Source of the DNA: Parasitella parasitica NRRL 2501
Taxonomy: Eukaryota; Fungi; Mucoromycota
NCBI GenBank assembly: GCA_025201805.1
Contig: MU619296.1
Span: 62,001-126,000, forward strand
Direction of reading: 5' to 3'
DNA: 64,000 bases
The notes beneath the pieces are model-generated. The model searched no databases and was not told the origin of the DNA. It saw only the letters and a program-made list of their open reading frames with translations. Both the position numbers and the translations under genes were made by a program. Positions 1 to 11,022 of the stretch are shown piece by piece (position 1 is the first letter of the stretch; every line of letters starts with the position of its first letter).

Positions 1-1007
1 AATGCTGTCGATGCCGCTACCCCTTCATGTTTGCACTCGTGCTTCTCAATTTGTTGTGCTTGCTGAGAATAATCTAGAGCAGAAACGATTTCTTTATCAT
101 TCGATATGCAGGAGGAAGATGTCGACAATGATGCAGATGATGCTGATGCTGATGATGATGATGCTGACGATGCATTGGAAGATGAAAATGTTGCGTCGAT
201 ATGTTGCGGGGATGCAAATGTACTGTAGATGGAACTATTGCATAAACTGTTTGCCCTTCTCAAAACCTGATGATCCAAGACTCCTGAATCAATGGTGGAA
301 AAATCTAACGTGTGACGATTACACCTCCTAAAGGTGCCATTGTTATTGGCAGCGGTTGGAATCATTGGTGAACGGTAGCTCTTGGTAATTGCGGTAGATT
401 TTGATACCATCTTTTTCTGCTTTTTGGATCTATTAATACGGATGTGTGATGGACTCTGTTTGGAATGCGACGATATATTACAAGGAACCAGAATTCTTCT
501 ATCTTTGATGCCGCCAGAAGAAGAGGGAGCGGGAGGCAAAAGGGATTTATTGTCATTCTCTTTCTCTGTTTGTGTTTGTGTTTGTGTTTGTGCCGCTGCA
601 GCTGCTGATGGCTGCGTGTTTGTCTAAAATTAAATAAATATGCAACATTTTTAGTTTGTGTGGCCCAAACAATCTTTTTTTTTTTTTTTTGGCTCTAATA
701 TACTTTACACCTCTCAATTTCATAAAGAAACTTTTCAATGACTGTAATTATAAACTGTGATTAGTTGCTAGGAAAAAATGCTGCTTCAGTGGTCATTGCA
801 TACCTTGGATACTGGCTGTTTTTTTACATTTGCATAATTTTTGTTATTGTGGTATCTTTTTCTAACAATAGCCTCTTGCTCCTTGTGTGTCAGGCCGATA
901 GAGTAGTCAAATTGATCATCGTCTTTGCTTGTTACAAAGCCGCCTTCTTGAAGATACTCTGCTGGAGAAACGCCGTTCAATTTTCTTGAATTTGGCAGTA
1001 TACTCAT
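1..1007 (-). CDS. Hypothetical Ser/Ala/Thr-rich protein, 3' end beyond the window start (exons 1007-804, 623-<1)
   Basis: ATG at 1007 (MSILPNSRKL...), donor AAG|GTATGC at 803, acceptor TTAG at 624. Phase-0 junction into a stop-free frame (TNTQPSAAAAAQTQTQ...SSASSSSASASS...) that runs off the window. Confidence 0.65.
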
Positions 1008-2185
1008 TAATAATCGAACCAAAAAGAATGAAGAGAAAAAAGAAAGAGTAAAAAACGAGGGAATCCTTGTAATCTGTATTTATGCTTCAAAAGGAGGGGG
1101 GGGGGGGAGTTATGAAAAAATTCTTTAATTGTTCAAATGCCAAATTTGGTGATTGACACGACATTGCTTCTATTGTTGTTTTATTGGATTTGCTTCCTGA
1201 GCGTTATACTGGTGCCAGGTTGAACGAATAGCTTTGCTAATCTACTCTGAAAAAAGTGCGTATGTATGGTGGTTTCAATGGGTGGAAATTTTGAGCAAGA
1301 GCCCATTACTAACAGAGTTTCATGCAAGTGTGCATTCTCAATTGAACCCACTGACTTTGCCAATGCAAAAGAAGTTTTCTTTTAGGACGACTTTAGGCAA
1401 TTAGGAGAACCTTTAAATAAAAAAAGGAATTTTTAATTATTCGTATAACGAGTAATATCGTCCACTATGATCGTCTTTATCGTCAGAATGATCTTCCAAA
1501 TGACTGTCTTGCTTTTTAGGATCAGGCACATTCATGTTCAAGGGTTGCGCGAAAAGACCAGATCGCAAACACACTCCTTCCTTTCATTGTTATCGACTTC
1601 TAAATGTGGTTTCTAGAGATTATTAGTAGCTTGAAATTAAACTATCTTCTGAACTGGAGGATTCCAAACAGCTAAATTTAGCTGCAGAGCGAGCTCACAT
1701 TGTTAGACCCCTTTTTGTCAGCACTACCAAAGAGGCTCTTGAAGGGTGCACATTGCTTCAATGCTTTTTAGGATTATTACATCACCTAGCCAGAGCACGC
1801 CGGCCCAAATAACTGCAGATTGAACAGACCTTGCGGCTTGCAAACTTGATCGTGTTCGCGATATGTATCCACCATAAAATCAAATCACCAGATAAATTAA
1901 AATGAGACTCAGGAATGAAATAACTGACTCTCTTTTTTTTTCTTTGAAAAAAAAAATCAAACTCTAGTAAGCGTATAGGTTTTTACTTTCTTTTATTTAT
2001 TATCATCATTGATAAAACGAAAAGAGGAAATCATAAACCCTTATTTTTTCTATATATAAAAAGGAGAGGATACAAAAAAGACCAAGAACAAGGTATAAGA
2101 ACGAACGAGACAAGTCTATAATTTTATTCATTTTATAAACATTAGAGACTTTCTTTATTCCTACATTTACATAACATTAGAGTTC

Positions 2186-2665
2186 ATGGATAACTGGGCT
2201 TTGCGGGAAAACAACGATTCTCCTGTTGGAGTAAATGGTTTTGTGGACAATATGCCGTTACTATGGAAAATGGGGTTCGAGCCTCCTCTCATGCCAGCTA
2301 ATGAAAACGATACTTCGCAATCATTCAATGACTTTAATCAGTCAACGTCGAATTCAGATTTACCTGACGATGATGACCTAGTCGATAAGTTGTTTCGTGA
2401 AAGCATGCAAGGTAAATCCAAATAGGAAAATTATCTTCTGATAAATCCTAATACTGGTAACAGATATGCACCAACATCAAGCTATGTCAAGCAACGTGGA
2501 AATCAAGCAACCTGATAATCCATTGAACATGCTTTTATCATCACCACCTCCACAGCCTATAAACGCGCCAATTATCAATCGAAAACGTTCACGATCGCCT
2601 GTCCTTACTGAACAGTCCAACAGCTATGTTTCTATAGAACAATCAAATGCACCACCTCCATCACT

Positions 2666-2696
<31 letters not shown>

Positions 2697-2911
2697 CAAC
2701 CACTTCAAAACGACTCCACGAGGCAATTACCGCAACCATCATTTACGCAATCTTCGTTATCTCAACAGCAGCAGATTCAACAACAGCAATCCCAATTATT
2801 GCTACAGCAGCAATTACAAGCTCGGCAACCGTTGCCTCGGCCGCCTATGATGCAACAAAATTTACCTCGTGGATTGCCTACGCAACCTGTACCGCCGCAA
2901 CAGCAAAAGCC

Positions 2912-2965
<54 letters not shown>

Positions 2966-5900
2966 TCACCCAGCACCACAGTACTATCCACAAGGACCTG
3001 TACCGCAGCAGCCCTTTTTCCCTCATCATCAAACCACTTTTATGCCAATGGCACCCATCCAGCAAAATGCACCTGTCCGTCCATCTACGCCACCCATTCT
3101 TGCCAATTTCCAAAACAAATCATTTCAGCATCTCAACATGTCACCACACCACCGAAAATTAGACATCCTGCCAGGACAACCTTATCAACTTGTAAACAAT
3201 ACATATCCTAACAATGGCATGGCAGAGCCCACGATAGTCAATGCTTCGCCGTCGCCCCCAGCTCCAGCCCCAGCCCCAGCTCCTCCTCCTCCTTCTGCTC
3301 CTGTCAGAAGCGCAACCACCATTGTATTAAAAACACAGCCAGCGCAAAAGACGGCAATTCCTCTTAGACCTCAATTGAAAGTGCACTTTGTTCGACATGG
3401 CTTAGACTCTACCATTTTTGACGATCCAACAGATCCCATGAAACCCGACCTGGATATTTTGTCTTTGCGGAAATTGACTGTGGCGACGTTATGCACGCTG
3501 AACGTCAACATTGCCCTAGAGGAATTGCCAGAGGTGGACATTGAGGAGCCGTTGTCCACCGACTCACATCAAGTGCTGCCAGCAGCTGCTATGCAGGTGA
3601 TTACCAAGATGGTGCTAGGGACTTCCGGTGATAAAGAGGTTGCGCAGACACTTGCATCTCAAATTTCAAACGGGGATTTGGTCGCCTTCCAGCGCCTAAT
3701 TGTAGCTGGTCTGCGAAGCAAGAATATCGTTATTCATACGGTGCTGAATGAACAGACGTCAGTGAATAATGGCACAAGGAGATCGGCAGCACCAGATGAC
3801 GACATCATTGATCTGACTCATGTCAAGTATGAACCACCTCACAACGTAACACGCTTATTTTTGAGGCTGTATCGATACATACTCAACATGCTGCTGTCGA
3901 CACCCGATTGCTGGCCTTTTATCCAGCCTGTGCCAGAAACCGCATTTTTGTACCATCGAGAAATCAAGAACCCAATGGATCTGTACACGGTGGAAGAGAA
4001 TATATGGCGTGGAAAGTATACCAAGTTTGCCAGATTCGAGAATGATATGCAGCGCATTTGGAAAAATGCAAGACTATTCCATCGCAGTTCAGGCACGATC
4101 CCGAGACATGCAGAAAATTTAGAGTCTTTATTCACAAAGATTGTGATGGATATCAAGAGACAGAATTCGTAAGTGTTACTTGCACCTTCTGATTAATAGT
4201 CGAGAAAGTGTGTGTATGTGTGTATATGTATGCTAACGGTACATCATGGGCTATTTTACTAGTAAAAACAAGCCAGCGTCCGGTCCTCATGATTTCCAGT
4301 TTGACCCAACCAACACTCTGCCAGAGGAATCGGATTTTTCATACCCCCCCATAGAGCAAGTGTTTTCAGAGACAAGCACCGTGTATACCATCTCTGCACT
4401 CTCGCCGCTAGAACCCAAAGCTCGGAAGGCAGGCTTGAAAGATGAAAATTCGCTCTACTTGCAACTCAATGGCCCATTTTTCCAAGCCGTGGAGCGCATG
4501 AAGTCTGACTTGGACGGCAACCACCGACAAGTGCCTCGGTTTTACATTGCAAAAAATCGAACACTGCTGCGTCAAGTTCGTTCTCAAGGCGTGTTGGCTA
4601 TATTTTACAATACGAAAACAACCCGAGTCCGCCACAGTAAAAACATTCGCATCGATACAGACATGATCCTGGCTTACCCGGCTAGCGAATTTTACGACCT
4701 GGATCAAATCAACGAGTGCACAGTTGACTTTTCGCCAAAAGGCTGGATTCATCTACGACCGCTGCGCGTAGTCAACCGTATTTCGTTTGAGGCTAACGAC
4801 TACATTGACCGGGACTACTTTAGACGCATGTTTGCTACTGCAAAAATGGCAACAGACGACAAGAATGGACACCACAATCCAGAGACCAAGCTGTTGCTCA
4901 AGAAGATTGTTCGACAAATCCTAGGACTACCCGAGAGGCAAGAAGTCGAGAAGCAACAAGTGCCTGTCAAATCAAAGCCAATCATCAAACTGCACACTTT
5001 TGTAAAGGGCGACGACCACCGACTCGTCATCCAACAACGCATGTTGAAAACCAAAGAAGACGAAGCGATGGAGGCAGACGAAGGGTCGGACGATGAAAAG
5101 CCTTCGCCTAAATCGACCGACGTCAAGTCTCAACACAACCCTAAATCGAGTATACCCACAATGTCAAATGAAGAGCGTTTAGGGACGAGAGAAGTCAATC
5201 ACGAGGTCTGGAGAAAGCTGTTTGACGGTAGGTTGTACAGTTGCATATTGCTTAAACGCCCATCTTTGACACGCTATTGTATTTACCGTAGTATGTGCAA
5301 GCAAAGGAATTTTTATTCGAAATATAACGTCGCACGGAAATATCAATTGGAACTCGCCTGATTCCGAGGGATTTTTTAAGCGTGTTTATTTCTTTGATGG
5401 TATCGTGGTCCAAGCGTTTAGACAGATGACCATGTATCAACGCATCACTGAGGTTGCATGTTTAATGTAAGGTTGTTTGGACGCTCTCCTTGCGCCGATG
5501 CTAACTTTTTTTTTTTTTTTTTGTTCCTTTTTCTGATGCATAGGAAACTGAGAAATTTACCACACATGGCGCAAATGAGAGAAATTTTGTTTAACGATAA
5601 TGGCGACGTTGCGGGCCTATCGATGGAAAAGTAAGGTTATTGTCGTCAAGATGCGACATGTGTTGCTAACATCACTATTTGGAACGTAGATATCAGACTA
5701 CCCTGAAACGGTATGCTCATGTACACTCGCACCATCGCTTATCCGCATACCAGAAATACGACGTTATCTACCAGATGTTGTTGTGCATGAAGACAATCCA
5801 CAAGGCAGGCCTCGCCCATCGAGATTTGTCCGAAGTGAACATCATGCTCAACATATTAGAGGGGCAATTCCTGGAGGATGGCAGCGAAAAAGTGTACCTG

Positions 5901-6661
5901 TACCTGATCGATTTCGGCAAGGCAGTGTTCTGCGAATCTTCTGATGTCCGCGATTGGTTTGTCGATGTACCTAGAGCTGATTGGGAATACGACGGGGACG
6001 TTGTCCCCGAGACTAAAGAAGAACTAGATGCATGGTGCGATTCCCTCCCTTGGGTAAAGGGCAAACCAGACCACGGCTACCGTATGTATAGGTAAAGTTC
6101 GGTCGATAATTGATGCGAGTAGAATACGCTTGCTGACTGCAATTGCGATTTAGATCCATCCAAACTTTGCCAAAGACGAGATCTGATAATCAGGTTCTTC
6201 CTTGGTTGATCCACCCACAAGCTGAAGACATTTACTCGATTGGAGTCATGATATGGAAAGTATTTACCGACACGGAACCATGGCGTGGAATTTTGGAGAC
6301 AGACTTGCAGGGTTTGCGCTACGTAGCCGAAGACGATTACCGAATCCAAAGAGCGTTAGAAGGAGAAGTCCACGGCGAACTGAGCCGCCAATTGCTGCTG
6401 AAATGTCTAAAGACTAGGCCTCAAGATCGTGAAAACGCAGCCGACATTTTGAATTGGATTAGCCAAGACAATGTGCGAGAGGGTTTAATTGGCGAATGGA
6501 AAATGTACTCCTCAGACACACGAGGCACTAGAAGAGCCAAAAGCTTTTATGGGTTTGAAGACACAGGAGTAGAAGAAGAAGAGAAGAAGAAGCCTCGAAG
6601 AAAAGCAACTACTACCGGCTCAAAACAACGAGGCCGTCCCAAAAACCCCAAGGATACCTAA
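2186..6661 (+). CDS. PolyQ/Pro-rich, bromodomain, atypical protein kinase and AT-hook protein, ~1355 aa (exons 2186-2411, 2464-4168, 4263-5227, 5292-5466, 5544-5630, 5690-6091, 6154-6661)
   Basis: All six GT-AG introns keep frame (4068 nt total). Bromodomain motifs WPFIQPV, PMDL and IWKNARLF. Kinase motifs HRDLSEVN, DFG and DIYSIG. C-terminal KQRGRPK. Confidence 0.85.
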
Positions 6662-7295
6662 TGTTTAGACTATCTCTGCATTTTATTTTATTTTTTTCGT
6701 ATATTCCATGAAAGCATCAAATAGCCTCCTCCCTCTGTTTTAAAATATTTAACACCCAAATGTACATAAAATGCCATTTTTTTTTCCTCCCCCCCCCCCA
6801 AGCAAGAGACATGCTGTGAATAGTATGTCTGGCAAAATTACTTGATGGCTATATAGCTGAGATGTCACTTGTATAAAAACGGTTTATGCTTGTGCGATGC
6901 TAAATGTGTATGTTTAAAATTACGTATACACAGCAATGTGTTTACTGCTTTGGGCAACCGGTATCCTTGAGCAAGACATGTGCAATCAGAAGGCAATCCT
7001 TTATCTTGATTAAACGCAAATTTCGGTAAATCTCTTCTGCCTGGTTTAGAAGATGATGGTCGGAGCGGGGTAACTTTGTGCCTTGTTCATCGTGTGGCTC
7101 TTTCAATCCTGGGTATCTACTATGTTATCATATAGACGACAGTTTGCAGTTTGATGATTAATACAAGGAGTAAAATTTATTTCAAGAATTTTCCAGGCCC
7201 TGCCCATGTAATAAAATAAATAAAGAATATGGTTGTTTTTCAAGGTTTTGAATAGAGGGAATAATAGGTTATATAAAGTACATTTTTTAATCATT

Positions 7296-9333
7296 TTAGC
7301 AAGCTTGTTCTGTATCAATCAAGTTGTCCATAGTAAGATCTATTATAACGAGTCGAAAAAAAAAAAAAAAAAATTAGAACTTTAATCAAGATGTGCTAGG
7401 TGCTAAAAAAAAAATGTTACCATAGTCTTGATGAGATGTTAGTGAATCTGCTTTGGTAGCGTCCACCAATAATGTGTCCCATGGGTCGCAGGTCTCGGGG
7501 AGCTTTTTGTGGTCAGACGATGATTGATAAGGGTGGTGGCGTTGTGGTTTATGTTGATGGCTATGATGATGGTGAGATTTGGATGATTTCTTTGCTGATG
7601 TTTGGGGTTTCGAAAATGATGTAAAAGAATAACCGTTTGTGAGACGGACGGGTTCAAAGGAAGAAACCGGGTCATCGTCAACAACAGTGGCAGGTGGCGA
7701 ACTGGGAGCCTGCAAGGGCGAAGAGTCTGTATTATAGGAGCAATCTGACGATAAAGACGAAGCATAGGATATATTCTGTTCATTTGCACCAGTGCTGTGT
7801 GATGCTGCATTTGCACGATTTTGCTGTGCAATCTTCCAAAAATCAATGCCCAGCAACGCAGAAATGTCAGTGTGATTCAGGTTTTGCTGATGAACTTGCT
7901 CTAGCAGCGGTTGGATGCGGTTATTGCTTTCTGCGGCTCTTTTCAGCTCTTGCTCTTGTTGTTTTTGCTGCTGCTTGAAATCAAGCTCACTGAGGCCCTG
8001 CAGTCTTCTCCAATGATTTGTCGTGCGGCGAAGATCGTAATCGATAGTTAAAAACCAGTACTTTCCAAAGAATTCAGGAGGTAGCTGCCAGTTTGCAGCA
8101 ATGGCAGGATCGCCTCCATGGAAGACAGAGTGGCCCAGCAAACAACGGAAACAGTCGTCCAGGTCGAATTGATCTCTAAACAGTATCATTCTATCACGCA
8201 TGTGAGGCGTCGGAATCAAGTCGATACGAGGGTCGTGGGGGATTGTCAACTACCATAACGAGAAAGAAAAAGAAAATGTTGAAATTCATTAGATAAGATT
8301 TTTCCCCACGTTTTTCTATATTTGTATATTTTACCTGCAAGATGGTGGGCTGAATCGCAAACGGTATCGAATCCATGCGGACACAAGCGGATTGCAATCG
8401 AAGACGAAGACGGAGTGTTTGAATAGCAGCAAGATTTGACGTTATTGGTTCTTCTGTCAACATGACAGGATGAGGAGCGGATGGCTGTTGTTGTTGCTGA
8501 TGATGAGGATGAGGGTGAGGATGGGGATGAGGATGAGGATGAGGATGGCCAAGCAGCTCGGAGTCTGATTCAACAGAACCAGGCGAAAGTGGAGGGATGC
8601 TTGCGTCTTCGTCTTGAGATTCAAGAGGGTGCACAAGATCCTCAGTGGGAAAATCAGAGTCGTACATGGATTCTGGAGGGCAAGTGGCTGATTCTTCCTG
8701 ACGGGGAACTGCGACAGGTACTGCTGTCTTGGAAACGATTGGCTGCTGAAGGTGGGGAGAAGAACGATCTGGCACAGAATGGATACCTTCTTTGGTAATC
8801 ACAATTGAACCTGTGGAGAGATATCGATCACGCTGCTTCATTGTGTGCTTGTAGCCGAAAAGTTTGGAGGGGATTGGCAGCTTGTTGTTGGCGTTCACGC
8901 TGATATATGTCGAGATGGATTCTGGGATGGATTGGGCGAGTACAGACAGAGCTTGTTCGTTGATGTACGGGCCGTGCTGAGGAATCACCAAGTTGTGTTG
9001 AAAGCAGACGAGCTGTAGTGTGAGGACGATGCCCTTCAAATACCAATTTTCTGAGCGCATAATTTCTTGATCAGCTTTCAATTGCTCGTTTTCTGCGTGC
9101 AGTTTGTCTCTTTGCTCTCTGATCTGCTTGATGGCTATCTCCAGCTCTCGCATGTGGCGCTCCTTACGTTCGCGGAATGCTCTTTGAGCTGCTCTGTTCT
9201 GTGCCTTTCGAAGTGCTGGAGATGCAGGATTAGGCTTGCGCCCTGGCTTTTTTCTGACTTTCATAGGCTGGCTTGGTGATGAAGTGTCCTGGTCCATTGA
9301 GACACTTTCAGTATCCGATAAATCTTGCTTCAT
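7296..9333 (-). CDS. Yap/AP-1-like bZIP transcription factor with C-terminal DUF3425-like region (exons 9333-8335, 8249-7421, 7339-7296)
   Basis: KKPGRKP...RKAQNRAAQRAFRERKERHMRELE followed by a leucine zipper. IPHDPRIDLIP..MRDRMI...GDP....NWQLPPEFFGKYWFL matches the fungal bZIP-associated domain. Canonical splice sites. Confidence 0.85.
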
Positions 9334-11022
9334 TTTTAGGTAACAAAAAAAAAAGAAAAAGAAAACAAAAACAAAAAAAGAGAGAGCTATAGTATAAACG
9401 AATGGCCATTAGCGTATTTATACAGAAAGAAACTTGGACGGCTGAGTTGCCTTATTATCTTCGGAGTGTTTTCTAAATAAGTGAATCCAATGGGGAAGAA
9501 AAGCAATATTAAACTTCGGTAAAGAGTTCACCTCCCAGGCTCCCACACTGCAAGGCTACGACATCTACCCTGTCCTTTTTGCGAGAAACCCTATACAAAG
9601 CCTCTGCTCTGCGTTTGTGAATGTATGCGTCTGTCTGTTGCAAATGCTTTGAAGCGTACACTGCCCATTGCAAAAGGGAATACCGATGCAGCATTCATAT
9701 ACAGCAGTGGTATAAAAGTGTGGGGTAAATTTTTCTATATTTTTAAGGTTTGAACAAATTTGTGGACATTTAAATATAATTTGTGCACATTTAAAAATAA
9801 AGAATTATACAGATAAAGCTGGCTTTCTCAACAAAGTATCCATCAGAGATTCCACTCAAAATTGTGATAGATATGCTACGTGCAGACGAAACAATCGTTA
9901 TGGCAGGGTTATCTTTCTTTGACCAGATTTCAAAGAAACAAATTCGCACATTCTTAGAGCTTTAAAAATGCAAGATGATTGAACTTTATTACGTTTCACT
10001 AGAACATCCATCATCATTTTTAGAAGCTTTAACCAAAACTACAGGAATAAAGCAAAACACACGTAAATCAAGAAGGAATGGAGTTAACAGATGATTTGGT
10101 TGGTTTTGTCAGTTCCATTCCAGTTTGTTGATTTTTGAGAAGTCGGCATCAAGCCAAGCACTTCTCATTTTCAGAAACTAATTAAAAATACGTTATCACT
10201 TCAGTAAATTTGAAGTAAAACATGTGCGTATGAAACAAAGCATGAAATAAATGATCATGTATTTTCATTTAAAATAAAAGCTCTCTAAACAGGGTAAATA
10301 ACGTTGAAAGTCGGGCCAAAAAGCTTGAATCTCTCGAGATTGGATATGGTCCAACTAAAAAAGGCGATTTTTCAAGCTGCCCACTCTGTTCTATTTAATA
10401 AAAGAGATATTAATGGCCAATTCTTGCTTGATATACGGGGTTGTGCACACGGACTTTTTCATAAAATAAAAATACCAAAATGTGTGATATTATTATTAGA
10501 TTGCTGCTATATGATGAGGCGAAGCGCTGGGTGGGCATGTAGGCAAACCAACATGCGCATATGGGTAATAGGACTCCTGGTAGAGCAGAGAGCTTTCATT
10601 CCGGACTTCCACCCGTAAGCAATAGTAATGAAGGTTCGTAAAACGAGAAGAAGAGAAAATGAAAAGGTGAACAGTTTGCACCATGATGAGTATCTGTGTC
10701 ACATACTGAAATCGTAGCCATGGAAACGTCTGCCACAGTAGTTGTAACGCATAATCTAGCTGCACTTTGCAAGACGAAAAATGAAATGCACTGCATCAAT
10801 GATGATAAAGATGATGGGGGGGTTTTTTTTTCGAAATGTATATATCATTTAATGATTTCGTTAAAAAACGTATATTTTCTACTTTTGTTCCATTAAAACA
10901 CTCCAGAATTAGGTTGACGACCTATTCTACCCCCTACAATCATAGGAAANNNNNNNNNNNNNNNNNNNNNNNNNNNNNNNNNNNNNNNNNNNNNNNNNNN
11001 NNNNNNNNNNNNNNNNNNNNNN

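Noticed and set aside
2-331. Plus-strand Met-rich 109 aa ORF
   Set aside because: Shadow of the Ser/Ala repeat in the minus-strand gene, which has a start codon and proper splice sites.
1430-1880. Slightly GC-richer segment with exon-like pieces on the minus strand
   Set aside because: I could not assemble a stop-free spliced model or recognise a family or RNA gene.
6961-6968. GTATCCTT, a U12-type donor-like sequence
   Set aside because: Intergenic, with no flanking exon structure that I could support.
8194-9333. HapX assignment for the bZIP factor
   Set aside because: No Hap4-like motif before KPGRKP and no Cys-rich iron-sensing clusters.
10480-10860. Possible small gene or gene fragment before the gap
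   Set aside because: Short ORFs on both strands with no convincing start or homology.
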